Positions 25,580-38,415 of a stretch of DNA of 60,000 bases are shown here, piece after piece (within the stretch, counting starts at the first letter, position 1; every line of letters starts with the position of its first letter). Under the pieces are notes generated by a model. It ran no database searches. It was not told the origin of the DNA and worked only from the letters and a program-made list of their open reading frames with translations. The DNA comes from Lama guanicoe (lineage: Eukaryota), in assembly GCA_013239625.1 (NCBI GenBank), contig MU054391.1, forward strand, positions 5,291,824-5,351,823, given 5' to 3'. A program made the position numbers and the translations under genes.

Positions 25580-25780
25580 TTGGGGCAGCACCTCAGAACC
25601 AGAAGACCTGGATTTGAGCCCCAGCTCTGCTCTTCCTTTGCTCCGTGGCACTGAGCGCATCACTTAACCTTTCTGAACCTCCGAGGGGATAACAGTACCC
25701 TCCTTACTTCGCCTACAGCGTGGGGAGATCAGGTGACATGATGTCAGCTGTGTCACACCATACGCAGGTTGGTTATCAGT
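25580..25780 (+). mobile_element. MIR SINE
   Basis: gacctggatttgagccccagctctgc...tcacttaacctttctgaacctc. Confidence 0.7.
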
Positions 25781-28189
25781 GCTATGATAAAAATTGATAA
25801 ACTGTGAAAGAGCATTAAAAAACTGCATATGAATGTGACTATTAGCTCTTTGGATTAGAGTGTCAGGATCATCCAATATTCCCTAGATAATTGTAAGGAC
25901 AGGGACAGTTGGGATTTGGGGCCCACATGGTGGAAATAACGACTTCGAGTCTCAGTTTGACCCCCGTGCTGGGGTGAAAGCATGAATACACATCTCCCCT
26001 CACCCGCTGAACTGCCCTCCAAGGCAGAGCCTGTCACTAGTGAAAGAGACAGGCATGGACTCAGGCGTTTCAAAACCTCGTCTGTCATAACGAACAGAAG
26101 TCAATTATCCAGCGCCAGAAGTCGCTTTCCCTGGAAGATGGATGGGAGCTATTAGCAGGTCCTTGGCAGGCTCTGATGCTGCCTCCAGGCCATGCGGTCC
26201 TACACAGCGGCCTGACCCTCCACAGGGGCCTGGGGCCAGGACCAGCCCGCCCCTCGGCATGGAGCGTCTCAAGGTCACGTGGGCCCAGAGTAGCCCAACA
26301 GCCATCTCTGTGCCCCCCCCCAGGTTCCCTCCTCTAGTCTGCGACTTGCTAAGCCATTTGCGCTCAGCACAGAGCAGTAAAAATCAGAACTTTCCCAGCA
26401 GGGGAAGCAAAAGAGGGCCTGGCGTCTGTCCTCGACAGCAGCTAAGAGCACCTTCTCTGCTGGTCCCTTCCCTGCCCCAGCTCCAGAGGCCGATGCCCGT
26501 CCCGGCAGGGGCTGAGGTGGGTGGCTCAGTGGGATGGACTCAGAAGTGCCTTCCTTGAGGTGCGCACCCCGGGCACATTACAGACCATTCCGCCTGTGGA
26601 TAAATGGAAGAGAGCTGGCTGCTCTCTCTTCTGATTGATGAGGGGTTTTTTTTCCTTTTGTGGTAGGGAAGGTGTGGTTTGGAGTTGGTTTAGTTTTAAT
26701 GGTATACCACCTATTCCTAGAAATTTAAAGGGACAGTTTCTTTGGCTCTGGTCAGTGTGGCAGGTGGGAGGTTGGCTGTAGCCCCGGATGGCCGGAGTCT
26801 GACTGAGACTCTTCCCGGAGGCACCTGTTGCCCTGGGAGAGCAGAGGCATCAGATCTGGGCAAACCCAAGCTCGTCATCCCCGCTGTGGCCCCTGCTAGT
26901 TGGGAGACACTGGGAACAACTTTAATTTCACTGAGCCAGCTTCCTCATCTCTCGAACAGGAACAAAAACCCTGCCTCACAGATTGTAGAATCACTTAAAA
27001 AAAAATAAAAAATAATACACATTCACCATCCTAAGGAGTGCAAGTTTATTACTTTTTATAAGAACTATCAATCGTAAGAGGTTCTTTATGACGCAGGGAT
27101 AATCATCAGGATCTGTATGACTCACACGTGGAGTCCGACGCCATAGATGGCTATGAAATCAAGTGACCCCGTGTGAGTAGTAGTTTTGAAAGCATAATAA
27201 ATGTGAATCTCAGGGAACTAACCTCATGGATATAAATTCACTGGACACTAACACAGCACTCATAACAATATCGCCTCCACATTAGAACCATCACTGTAAT
27301 TGGTTTCATGTAAAACAGAGACCTAAAGGCGAGCGATCGTTTCCCACAAGAACCCTGGAATACATGCTGGATGGGCTTGTTAATTGAACCTATCTTGGAA
27401 GAGGCAGAACAGCTTGACCACCAAGTACTGTGTCACCAGCTCTAGTACTCAAAGCACAGTTTATTTTGCATGCTCCCCCTGCCCGGTGCAAGTATGGAGT
27501 CCCTGCTACGAGTCCTGCTGTGATAACTGACATGCTGCAGAACTCCAAAGAATTACAGAAAGCCAGCCATCTGCCTTTCTGATGGCTGCCAAAGAATGCG
27601 CTTCACTTTTTATTGCCTACGAAGACAAAATCAAACATCACTTTGACTCCTGGATACGGCTCTGCTAATTGGATGCCCTCCTCCCTTGAGCTCGTATGGT
27701 GTGGCGTCACTTGTCTGCATCTTAAATTGCTGGCCACGGGGGCAGGGGCCATGACTTTTCGTATGCATCCTGTCTTGTTTTGCCCCTGGTGTAAACCCAC
27801 CCATTCAAAGAACATTCGAAGGGCATGTTTAAAGCAACTACTAAGTGCTAGGCCTTAGGGGTACAAAGCAGAAAGGCGCACAGACCGGATTCCCGTTATA
27901 AATGCACAGCCTGGTCGTGGGGACTGACCGGTGATGTGAAAGATGCTGTAACAGAACGATGGACACGTGTCATGGGAGCAAAGACGGAGAGACATCCAAC
28001 TCGCCCCGGGCAGAGCGGGAAGTGTGGTCTATGGACTTTAAGGGCTTTGAGCTGAATTTTGAAAGCTGGAAGGAGCTCACTAAATAGACAAGCTCAAAAG
28101 AGGTGACAAGCTCAAGGAATGAGAAGGCTTGTGCCGGGGCCCAGCTGGGCAGAAACGCACAGCGCTTTGGGGAGCTGTCAGTGGTTCGA

Positions 28190-28700
28190 CCCATTCCCAA
28201 ATTCAGTCAGAGAGATCTCTCAAAACTAAAGTCTGTTTAAAACGGTTCTGTGGCTCTCCATTACCCCTAGGCAAAGTCACAAAGTCCTTAACGTGGAATC
28301 TTCTGAGCTCTTCCGGGACCAGGCTCCTGCTGGCCTCTCCAGCTTCCCCTTGCTTCCCTCACAGGACACTTTCCTTCAGTTGCTTGAAAACACTCAGCCC
28401 TCTCACCTTTGACTCTTTTCACACGCCGTCCTCACCACCAACTTCCAACTCGCATTCATCATTTCTCACTCGGTCCTTTGGTCCAGGGGGCTGCCCTGCA
28501 CCCTCGGCTCAGTGATGCCCCTCTGCCTGTGCCCTAGCTTAGCACCTGCTGAGCTTGATTGTACTTTCAATTTCAAGGTCTGTCCTCCGCCTTCAATTGT
28601 CAGCCCCAGGGGACCAGGGACTGTGGGTACCACCACGGGATTATCAGATCCAAGCACAGAATCTGACACACAACAGGAACTCGAATGAATGAATGAATCA
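28190..28700 (+). mobile_element. L2 3' region
   Basis: tggctctccattacccctagg...ccccaggggaccagggactgtg, ending in a gaatgaatgaatgaat tail. Confidence 0.7.
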
Positions 28701-28729
28701 AGTGTGATTGCATCTCTGAATATATGTGA

Positions 28730-29130
28730 GGTTTGATGAGAGATTAGGCTGAACAGTTACACAGTCTAGACAGCGCTTATGCAGCACACGAAGGAATTTG
28801 TATTTTATTCTCAGATGATGGAAGCCATGATTGGATTTGCATTTTCAAAAGGTTCTTTTCGGAAAGATAATTCTGGCCCCAAGGAAACTGGATGGATTGG
28901 AGAGATGTCTGGGCTGGAGCTGGGAGGACTTGTTATGAAGCTTCACTCTTCACGCACAAGAGGGATGAGGACCTGCAGGGATGAGGGATGAAGCGGGAGT
29001 GGGGGTAAGGGGACAGCTCCGTGGGTGTTAAACAGGCAGGATCATGAGGATCTGGTGACTGCCTGGGTGTGTGGGAAGAGGAAGGAGGAGGATGTAGGTC
29101 GCTCCCACCGTTTCTGTTTGGACAGCTAGA
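28730..29130 (-). mobile_element. L2 fragment (antisense)
   Basis: aaggaatttgtattttattct...gatttgcattttcaaaag...ggatctggtgactgcctgggtgtg. Confidence 0.6.
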
Positions 29131-30479
29131 AGAAGGAAAGCAAATTAAATTAATAGAACCATGAACTGAATTATCTTTTTACTTTGCGTCGTCATTCACC
29201 AGGGCCTCAATCAAAGAAAGCCACCTTTTCCACTGCTTCAGGCTCACTTTCTGAGCAAGGAAGTGAGAGTAGGTGTCTTTTGCTCTGTGAGGGATTCACA
29301 CTCCGGAAGTGTGAGGACCACTTGTTCAGTCTGCAAGCCAAGTGGGCTCTGAGGCCCCTCTCAGTCCATGCGAGTCAATTCTATCCAGTTACAGCATCCC
29401 TGCCTTTCTGTATTTCAAGGGCTGTGAGAGGGGCTCTTTGCTTCTAGGAGCTCCGCGCTGGATCGCTGTGTCATTTTGTGGAGTAGGGCACAAAGGAGGA
29501 ATTGATCAGTTGCCTCTCCTCCCATCAAATCCGTGGTCATTCCTCTGCTGTGTCCTGTCTCCAGTGTGATGAAGACCACTGACCCGACGTGCCCAACCCT
29601 GGGTTCCCTGCAGGGGCCTTCTTGCCACATGCTGGCACTGCCCAGTGGAGGGTCAGGACAGGGCCCTGGTAGATCCTGGAAGCCCAGGCCTGGAGCCACT
29701 GTGCTCAGAGCCTGATGGAAAATCTGAACAGGGCCTGAGCAAACAGCACAGCCCACTTGTTGGCATCTGTAAGTCGGACTCACCAAAAATGTGCTGCGGA
29801 GTCGGTGAGTGAGGTCAGCCTTGGCTGCAAACCTCAGAGGGGAGAGTCCAGGGAAGGAAGGGACATTGGAGCGCATGGAGTCAGGGTGGAGCCCTGGTTT
29901 AAAAACAACAGAAAAAGGAACCCTCGGAGATAAGTTCCCCGACTCCCCATCCAGAGGCCCCGGCCATCGCTCATCTGATATGTGACCCCAGGGCCGCGCT
30001 GAGCAGTTCACTCCACGCTGCCCCCAGTCAAGTGAAAAGGCCTTAGAAAACAGCTCACATCCCGTTTCCAGGGTCACACATGCTGCCTTGCAGACCTTGG
30101 GAATTCCACAGAACTGAGAAAAATGAAGTCTCTGTTTAAAGCCAAGGCTAGGTCTCTTATGTGACTGACGAAGGGTTATTACTTCTGCTTAGAGGCAGGG
30201 AATGTCCGCAGCTCCAAATCCTACAGGCAGACCAACCCCGGCCGGAGTGACCGTTCAGCAGCACTTTGAGTGAGGACCGTGCGTTTGCAGATCCTTTGGG
30301 AACATTTGTGCTCTCAGATCATAATTTTGTGAGGGGTTCTCCCGAGAGCTGAGAGAGTTAATGCTCTCTGAAGGCAGAGGGCTTGCTCACTGGAAAACTC
30401 CTTCACCTCTAGGATTTGCCCCAACACATGCATGTGCTTGTAGGGCAGTCCCAAAGTCTTGGTTAAAGCTGAAAAGCAT

Positions 30480-30640
30480 GATAAAGCTTCTCAAATTTGC
30501 TTTATCTAAAATCTCCTGGAGCACATATTAAAAATCCAGATTTCCCAGCCCCTTCCCTGAAGATTGATTCAGCTCGTCTAGAGTAGAGCCTTCTAGAATC
30601 TGGATTTTCAAGAGGGGTCCCTGGAAACTCTTATGATTAG
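30480..30640. mobile_element. MER5-like MITE
   Basis: gcttctcaaattt...aaatccagatttcccagcccct...gaatctggattttcaag. Confidence 0.55.
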
Positions 30641-32626
30641 GCAAATAACTGCAATGCTTTTGAGTCACGGGACACTGTGGGGCCCATGGCATTCCCACCA
30701 CACCCCCAACAGGTTAGCAATGACAACAGTGGGGAGGAGGCCATGCTGGCCTGGGTGACCACAGGGACCTGGTGACGACGAGGGCTGTGCTGGGCATGGG
30801 GACAGCAGGCAGGAATGCTCCAGGGGAAGGAAGCAGCCCTTGGGACAGGATGAAGAGGTGGGGCACTTTGCCAACCATTCTGCATTTCCTCAAAGTTCAC
30901 CAGAAGATCATCTCTGAATAAGATGTTCTAAATAAGGCTGTCTGCTCAGATTATGAATCATAACCGTAGGACTGTTTGGACAGGACCTGTCCGGCACACA
31001 GTGACAGGATGAAATAAATAGACTGTCTAGAGAGTTGGGAGAAAATGTAATTATCGGGGAGGTTTCATCAGCATGTGATACCCAGATCACATGGCACCAA
31101 GTCAAAGATACTCTGGTGTGACCTTGAGCTCCCGTTCCACAGACTGAGGAATGCCTCTACGAAGGGCGTTTGTTTGCTTCTGGGCATGAAACCAGGTGCC
31201 TCTGCAGACACCATTTCACCATCATCTCGGTGTCCAGCACGGGGCCTGGTGCACAGTACAGCGTCCACCAAACGGCTTGGAATGATACCTCTTCTATTAT
31301 TTGACCTTAGGGCTTCCGGCATTGTGCCGGAAATGTCTGACTCACGGGCAGAGCAAATATTTGATTCTGCTTCTCTTACAAAGCATCAGGAAATGCTTAG
31401 ACCTGTGGCATCTCAGAGCCTTATTTTCAAGTCTTTTTGTATTCACCCCACTCTCAGACACACGCTGACTCAGGCCTGATCCTTCAAACAAATGTGCTGG
31501 GAAACCCTCCTGGGCACAGATTGAATAACCCAACAGCTCGGAGGCTCACATCCCCCACTGCCTCACATGTGGGCTCCTACCTGAGGAACCTTCGCTGTCT
31601 TTCTCCAACTCAGCAACGTGCTCCTTAGTCCCAGCTGGAATTTGTCACTGCAACACTGAGCAGCATGAGCCTTCTCTGACAGCTTCAATTATCAGCTCAA
31701 AGAAGAAAAACAAAAGTCGAGAAGACATGTCAGAGGCAGAAAAGCGGCAGAGTTGGGTCCTCCTGTGGAATGAATAATGTAAGGGAAAATGTTTTTCTTC
31801 TGAGTTTGAGTTCCATTTTTGGGAGCTGGCTTCCTGAGAGGCATTAAAAAGACCTTATTGGACCATTTAGACAAATAAATGACCCCAAGAAACATTTATC
31901 TGGGGTAGAATCACACTATGTTTTCAAGGGTGGGATGTAAAATGTATGGGATGGAAAAAGCTTTTATAGAGCGACTACTGTGGGCCAGGTATTTTACCTA
32001 GATAATTTATTTTTTTTAACCTAGGTAATCTCTAATTCTTAAACAATCCAGCTAGGCACTGGTAGGAAGTCCCTTCCCACATTCCTGTTTTTCCAATGGA
32101 GAAGTTAAGGCTCCCAGAGTAATTTGTTCAAGGTAACAGTTAGAAGGTTGAAGAGCCAGGATTTGAATTTTGGACCCAAACCCTAGAATCCACACTTTTT
32201 TTTTTTTTAGTGTATAATACTTCCTATGACACGAATTTGTGTTTTGCTTTGGTAACAGCTTTATTGACATGTAATTCACATACCATACAATTCAACCATT
32301 TAGAGCGTACAATTCAATGATTTTTAGCATATTCAAAGTCGTACAACCATCACTGCAATCAATTTTAGAACATTTTTATCACCCCAAAAAGAAACCATGT
32401 ATCCTTTAACTTTAATCCTCCTGTTCCACCATCCCCTCCTCGGCCCTAAGCAGCCAGTAATCTACTTTCTATCTTCATGGAATTACATATTCTGGATATT
32501 TCGTATGAGTGGAATCATAGATTTTGTGTCTGGCTTCTTTCACTGAGCATCATGTTCTCAAGGCTTTGCCACATTGTCGTCTGTGTCAGTGCTTACGATC
32601 CTTTTCATGGCTGAAGAATATTCCAT

Positions 32627-33078
32627 TATTTTAGGGATTTAATTGTGCCCCCCCCAAGTTCATATGTTGAAATTCTAACCCCTAGTACCTCAAAATGTGA
32701 CTTTATTTGGAAATAGGATCATTGCAGATGTAATTAGTTAAGATGCGGCCATCCCAACTCCAGTGTGATCAGTATCCTTATAGAAAGGGCAAATTTAGAC
32801 ACACAGACTTGGACACAGGATGGATACCATGCAAACACAAAGAGAGAGATGGGAGTCATGCTTCCACAAGCCAAGTCAACACCAAAGATTGCCAGCAATC
32901 CACCAGAAGCTAGGAGAGAGGCATGGAACAGGTTCTTCCTCCTAGTCCTCAGAAGGTATCAATCTTGCCAAAACTTTGATCTTGGACTTCCAACCTCCAG
33001 AAGTGTGAGATGCCCAGTTTCTGTGTAAGCCACCCAGCTTCTGGTTCTTTGTTACAGCAGCCCTAGCAAACTAATACA
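32627..33078 (+). mobile_element. MLT1B/C-type MaLR solo LTR nested in the L1
   Basis: ttcatatgttgaaattctaacccctagtacctcaaaatgtgactttatttggaaatagg...ttgttacagcagccctagcaaactaataca. Confidence 0.88.
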
Positions 33079-33548
33079 CACTCTATGAGTCTACCACACT
33101 GTGTTTAGTCATTCATCAGTTGTTGGACATTTGGGTTGTTTCAACTTTCTGGTTATTATGAATAGTGCTGTGCTAAGCATGTGTGAACACCTTTTTGTGG
33201 GAATGTGTACCTGCATTTTGGGGTATATAACTAGATGTGGAATTGCTGGATCATTTGGTGACTCTTTGTTTAAACTTTTGAAGAACTGCCAGACTGTTTT
33301 CCTTAGTGGTTGCACCATTTTACATTCCCATCAGCAGTGTTAAGAGTTCCACTTTCTCCATATCTTCACCAATACTTGTTATTATCTTTTTTTTAATTTT
33401 AGCCATTCTAGTGGGTTTGAAGTAGTATCATACCATGGTTTTGATTTGCATTTCTCTGTTAGCTATAATACTAAGTATCTTTTCATGTGCTTTTTGGCCA
33501 CTTATCGATCTTTCTGGGAGAAATGTCTATTCAGATCCTTTGCTCATT

Positions 33549-33678
33549 TAAAAAAATTTTTTTCCATTTTATTATTTTTATTATTTTTTAATGGAGGTGC
33601 TGGGGATTGAACCCAGGACCTCGTACATGCTAAGCACGTGCTCTGCCACTGAGCTAGACCCACCCACTCCCCCCACCA
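33549..33678 (-). mobile_element. Vic-1-type SINE with a TSD
   Basis: Full A and B box body (ggggattgaacccaggacctcgtacatgctaagcacgtgctctgccactgagcta) flanked by TGCTCATT at 33541-33548 and 33679-33686. Confidence 0.9.
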
Positions 33679-33999
33679 TGCTCATTGTTTCATTGGGTTG
33701 TCTTTTCAATATTAAGTTGTAAGAGTTCTATATTCTATACTCTAGATACAAGTCCTTCATCAAATATCTTATTCGCAAATACTTTCCCACCACCTGTGGG
33801 ATTGCTTCACTTCTTGATGTGCTTTTGAAGCCCAAAAGTTTTTAAATTTTGATAAAGGTCAATTCATCCATTACTAATTAGTGTTTTAGCCACCTGCTTT
33901 GCCTCTACACTTGTCTACATTTTTCCAAGAGCAATCAGTGCTCTGTTTCATTTTTCAGCATAAAGCAAATATGGGCCAGCTTCCATGTGCAGGAAAATC

Positions 34000-34475
34000 A
34001 CGAGGATTACAAGGCCCTACATAAACTGACCCCGCGCACCTTCAATATCACCTTACATCACCTCTCTCTTGCTCACAACATCCAGCCGCTCTGACTTTCT
34101 TTCTCTAAATATCTCTCCAGTTTCTACTTCCAGGGACTGTGCACTTACTGTTCCTTTATAATATGCTCACATGCTCCTTCTTTTTACTCCGGACTCAGCT
34201 CAAATGTTACTTTCTCCAAGAAGTCTTTCCTGATTGCCTCTCTAATAGCGCTACTCCTCACCCACACCAGATAGTCATTACATCACCCTGTTTCATTACT
34301 GTCAATGGGAGTCACAGGAAATTATTTTATTTATGTATTTACTCACTATCTGCCTATCCCTGCTAGAATCTAAGTTTGATAAGAGCAGTGACCTATTCTG
34401 ACTTATTCACCACTACATCCTAGTTTGGGGGACAGTGTTTGGCATACAGTAGGTAGTTAATAAATATTCGTTGAA
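34000..34475 (+). mobile_element. L2 3' region
   Basis: ctcagctcaaatgttac...ctagaatctaagttt...ggcatacagtaggtagttaataaatattcgttgaat. Confidence 0.8.
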
Positions 34476-34699
34476 TTTCTGAGCAACGGAGTATCGCAGC
34501 AACTGGGTAGAATGCATCAAAGCATGGCGCATCAGAACTGAAACTTTCAGGAATCAGCATCAAAAAGAACCTTAACTCTTTAGGTTTTATCAAGTCCCAT
34601 TAGTACAGTGTAGTTGACATATTTTGGAATATTGGGCTTCTGACAGGATGAGAAAGCCAAGTTCCTGCTTGCAGTGTATCCTTTCCGTACACTAGAAAA

Positions 34700-34845
34700 A
34701 TTCTTCTCCAATTTTAAGGCGCCAACAGATTACCTGGGGGCCCCTGACTCGGTAGGTCTGGGTTTCTGCACTTCTGACCAGGCTCGCAGGTGATGCTGAT
34801 GCTGATGAGGCTGTGGTCCAGGGACCACACTTTGAGTAGCAAGGG
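34700..34845. mobile_element. MER5A-like MITE
   Basis: caggtgatgctgatgctg...ggtccagggaccacactttgagtagca. Confidence 0.7.
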
Positions 34846-35976
34846 TTGAGGGAACAGAGCGCTTTGGCTCCCAGGTGATGCTGTCACTCCAGCCCTGTGT
34901 GGAAACTAGGCGCACGGTAAGGCATCAAGGGAAGAAGGCTGAACATTCAACCTCTGAAGAGTTCAGGTCATCAAGCAACCCACCCCCGACCCCCAAGGCT
35001 TGACTTCCCCCCACAAACATACCTTTACCAGAATCCTCGAGCCCGCAGAGAAGGCCCCACTGCGACTTCGCATCTCTCAAACCTACAGATTTTCCTTCTA
35101 TTGAATTGATATGTCGTCTTTTATTTTGTGTGCCGAAAGACCAGCACTTCCAAGCAATTCAATTCACATTTATTGGGCACCTACGGTGTGCGTGCCCTGT
35201 GTTTTGGAGCTAGAAGTACGAAGATAAATAAAACACGCCCCTCTCTCTCCTGGGAGCCTTGTCTATGATGGCAGTGACATGAGAAAACAAATGCTCTGGT
35301 CATGATAGAATGTGACACTTTCTGTAATGGACGCATCCCGGGCTTTGGGAGAGCTGGAACAGTTTCTCTCCAGAGCGAAGTTAAGGCTTATCAGTTCAGC
35401 GAAATGAGTGTTCCTGTCTTGTCTGACTCATGATTTGGCGAACACGCTTGCTTCGCACGCCAATGAGAAGAGAGAGCGCGGTGGTGAGCATGGGAGGGAG
35501 GGAGGGCAGGAGAGATCTTACCGTATGTGAGGAGGCGGAAACCGGCACCTAGCTCCTTTTCCTAACAAAAGCACGGGACCTCTGTCTAAAGCACTATGGA
35601 AGCAGAGAGGAGGAGACGGCTGACTCTACCTAGAGGATTTGAAACAGACTTCATGGAAGTGAGGTTTGGGCTGGACCCTGAAAGATGACCAGAAATTTGT
35701 CAGGTGGGCAGGAGAGAGAGTGCTCCAGGCTGAGGAAATGGCTGATGAGGAAATACTTCGTGTGAAGTAAACAGTGAGAATTAGGTGTGGCCTGAGTTGG
35801 TTAAGGGTTGCAGGGCTGGTGATGAGGCCGGAGCAGTGGGAAAGCTGAGAGCCCTTGGGTACCGCATTAGGACTTGTCCTCTAGGAAGCAGATTCAAGGC
35901 AGAGAACTGCATTCATTCACTCCAAGCAGAAGAGCTCGGTGAGCTGGGAAAAAGGAAAAGCTGGGTGAGGTTAGAG

Positions 35977-36291
35977 CAGAGTCGGCAAACTTTCTCTGTG
36001 AAGGGCCAGATAGTACTTAAACATTTTAGGGATGTGGGCCACTGGGTGTCTGTCCCAAGTACTCAGCTCCACTTCCACTATGGATAATATGTAAAGGAAT
36101 GGGTGTGGCTAGGTGCCAATAAAACTTTATGAACACTCAACATTTGAGTTTCATTTTCATGTGTCACAAAATATTCTTCTCGTGATGTTTTTTCAACCAT
36201 TAAAAAATGTCAAACCCATTCTTTGCTCAAGGGCAGTACAAAATCAGGCTTCAGGCCATTGTTGGCCCTGGGGCCATGGCTGGCCAACCTG
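35977..36291. mobile_element. MER58 (hAT-Charlie) element
   Basis: cagagtcggcaaactttctctgtgaagggccagatagt...gtgccaataaaactttat...tggccaacctg. Confidence 0.85.
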
Positions 36292-36799
36292 GCTGGGAGA
36301 AGGTGAGAGTCAAGGGAGTTAGGAAGAAGTCTGGGACAGATTGTGACTGAAGAGTTTAAACTTTATCCTGTGGCTCGCAGGGAACCACAAGTTGAATGCT
36401 GGGTCACCTAGGAGGGCATCCGACCAAATCTACAAATGGGTCTAAATTGAGGGGCAGAGATTTTCTTGATTTGACTCAAGAAAATAAATTACTGCAAGTG
36501 CTCTTTAAAAGCTTTAGCAAAATTCATTTACATACAGAGTGCTAATTAAACTCTTTTTTGCTTTTTCTTTGTAACAGACTCCACCCTGTGTTGGCACTTG
36601 TCTGTGTTGCTCTAAGTACCTGAAAACAACAAATGGCATATTCTTAATTACTCTAAGACAATTTTTATTTACATAAGTTGCTTTTGTGTGTATAGTCCAG
36701 CTTATTGACGTTCTGTCTTCTGTGGGCTTTATCCCATCAGCATGACTCAGTGGGAAGGTCTAATGTTCTGCCTCTTGGCAGGAAAGATACAATTATACT

Positions 36800-37739
36800 C
36801 AGTAGTGGGCTGGTAAATGTTTAACAACCTGCTCTGAAAAAAAAGTCTCTATGTACACACATACATAGATTTATTTTAATCTAATCCTAAAAAGGATGTA
36901 TAGCACTCAATTTATCAGTAATAACAAATTATATTTTACCCTTTATTGTAAATTCCATGTAGCTCCTTGATTCTCCAATGAAGAACCCTTTCATTGATTT
37001 TTGCTGAACTCTTGTATTCTCAGCCAATTGGTGCTTGCAATTCAGCCATGATTTGACAAACTAAATCTACGAATAAATGCTTGATCATTATCTAGTTCAG
37101 CAGAGAAGTTCCTCACGTCATTGACAAATGAGTGTAGTTCCAGCACGAAGGTTGGTTGACATTTTTATGTTAATGAGGGAGACAAAAGTGAAGCCAGAAG
37201 GTACGTGCTGGAAGTTCACTCATCTGTCAATGACATGAGTACCCTCTTTGCTGAATGCTAGGACAGTCTGCAAATACTGGAAGAATATTACCTCAAATAT
37301 TTTCACTAGTCATGTTATAAAGGCTACAAACAGGACACATTTTTAAGTTTAATCTACCTTTCTTTTTTTGGCAATGTGGTATCGCTGAAAAGTGTAAAAA
37401 AGGGAGCGACAATTGTGCCCTTTTCTCTCTGTAGAACCCCTGATTTCTGAACTTTTAAATCTGCATTTTTAATATTGTCTTGATCAATTTACATAATCAG
37501 TAAAACAATAAATAAAGCCTTCTTTTTTTTTTTTAACATTTGCCAATTGCACTGGTGTAAATACTCCCACCACAGACAATTTCAAGCTGCCAGAATGTAC
37601 AGTTAGGAAGAGATGTGCAGCAGCATGCCATTATAGTGGTATTTCTACCATACAGATGCAACGGACAGTTTGTAAAATCCCTGGAAATTTAACAGTCAGC
37701 TCTCTGGAGGCAGCCTGAGCTGTCTCCTGCACAGTACAC
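36800..37739. mobile_element. MER63C/D-like hAT-Blackjack element
   Basis: Starts CAGTAGTGGGCTGGTAAATGTTTAACAACC and ends gaaatttaacagtcagctctc...gagctgtctcctgcac. The 8-bp flanks are ATTATACT (36792-36799) and ATTATACC (37740-37747). Confidence 0.75.
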
Positions 37740-38182
37740 ATTATACCTCATTTATCTAGAACTATCTTGCAGTTCAGCAATCAGAGTATCCTCTATAGAA
37801 AGTGCTTTGTTAAAACAACAACAAAATGAACACACTGTATCCTACTGTATCCTACTGTAAAGTTAGCTATGAATACATCAGTCTGTCATCTAAACCCACC
37901 AGCTTAACAAAATGACAACATTCCTCCAAATTAGCCCTAAATGTCCTGAGAACAGGCTTATTCTCGAGTGTCTAGGACCAATGATTCGATTCTCGATAGT
38001 AAAACGGCCCTTGTGGCAATTTCCCATTCGTGCCCAAACTAACGTGAAACATGGATCATGAAGTCATGGGATGCCAGCCCAGGAAGGAGCCTTCTAAATA
38101 AGCTAGTCCAGCTTCTTTCATTTTACAAATGAGCTAACTGAGTCCAGGGAGGTTAATTTACTTATTCAAAATCACAGAGAAG

Positions 38183-38415
38183 GGATAAACTGGAAGTTTG
38201 AGATTTGCAGATACTAATATACATAAAGTAGATAAACAACAAGTTCATACAGTATAGCACAGGGAACTATATTCAATATCTTGTAGTAACTTATGGTGAA
38301 AAATATGAAAACGAATATATGTAGGTTCCTATATGACTAAAGCATTATGCTATACACCAGAAATTGACACATTGTAAACTGACTATACTTCAATAGAAAA
38401 AAAAATGTACATATA
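38183..38415 (+). mobile_element. Young L1 3' end inserted in a MIR, with a perfect 15-bp TSD
   Basis: AAAATCACAGAGAAG at 38168-38182 and 38416-38430, enclosing an L1 3' UTR with an A tail. Confidence 0.92.

Larger units (their letters stand above)
32245..33870 (-). mobile_element. L1M 3' region (ORF2 end plus 3' UTR), interrupted by an MLT1 LTR and a Vic-1 SINE
   Basis: The minus-strand peptide MVQPLRKTVWQFFKSLNKESPNDPAIPHLVIYPK...ALFIITRKLKQPKCPTTDE is the L1 ORF2 C-terminus. The terminus reads aacagctttattgacatgtaattcacataccata. Confidence 0.92.

Noticed and set aside
29415..30077. 220-aa minus-strand ORF
   Set aside because: Non-ATG start, no recognisable domain, and a composition typical of chance ORFs in GC-rich intergenic DNA.
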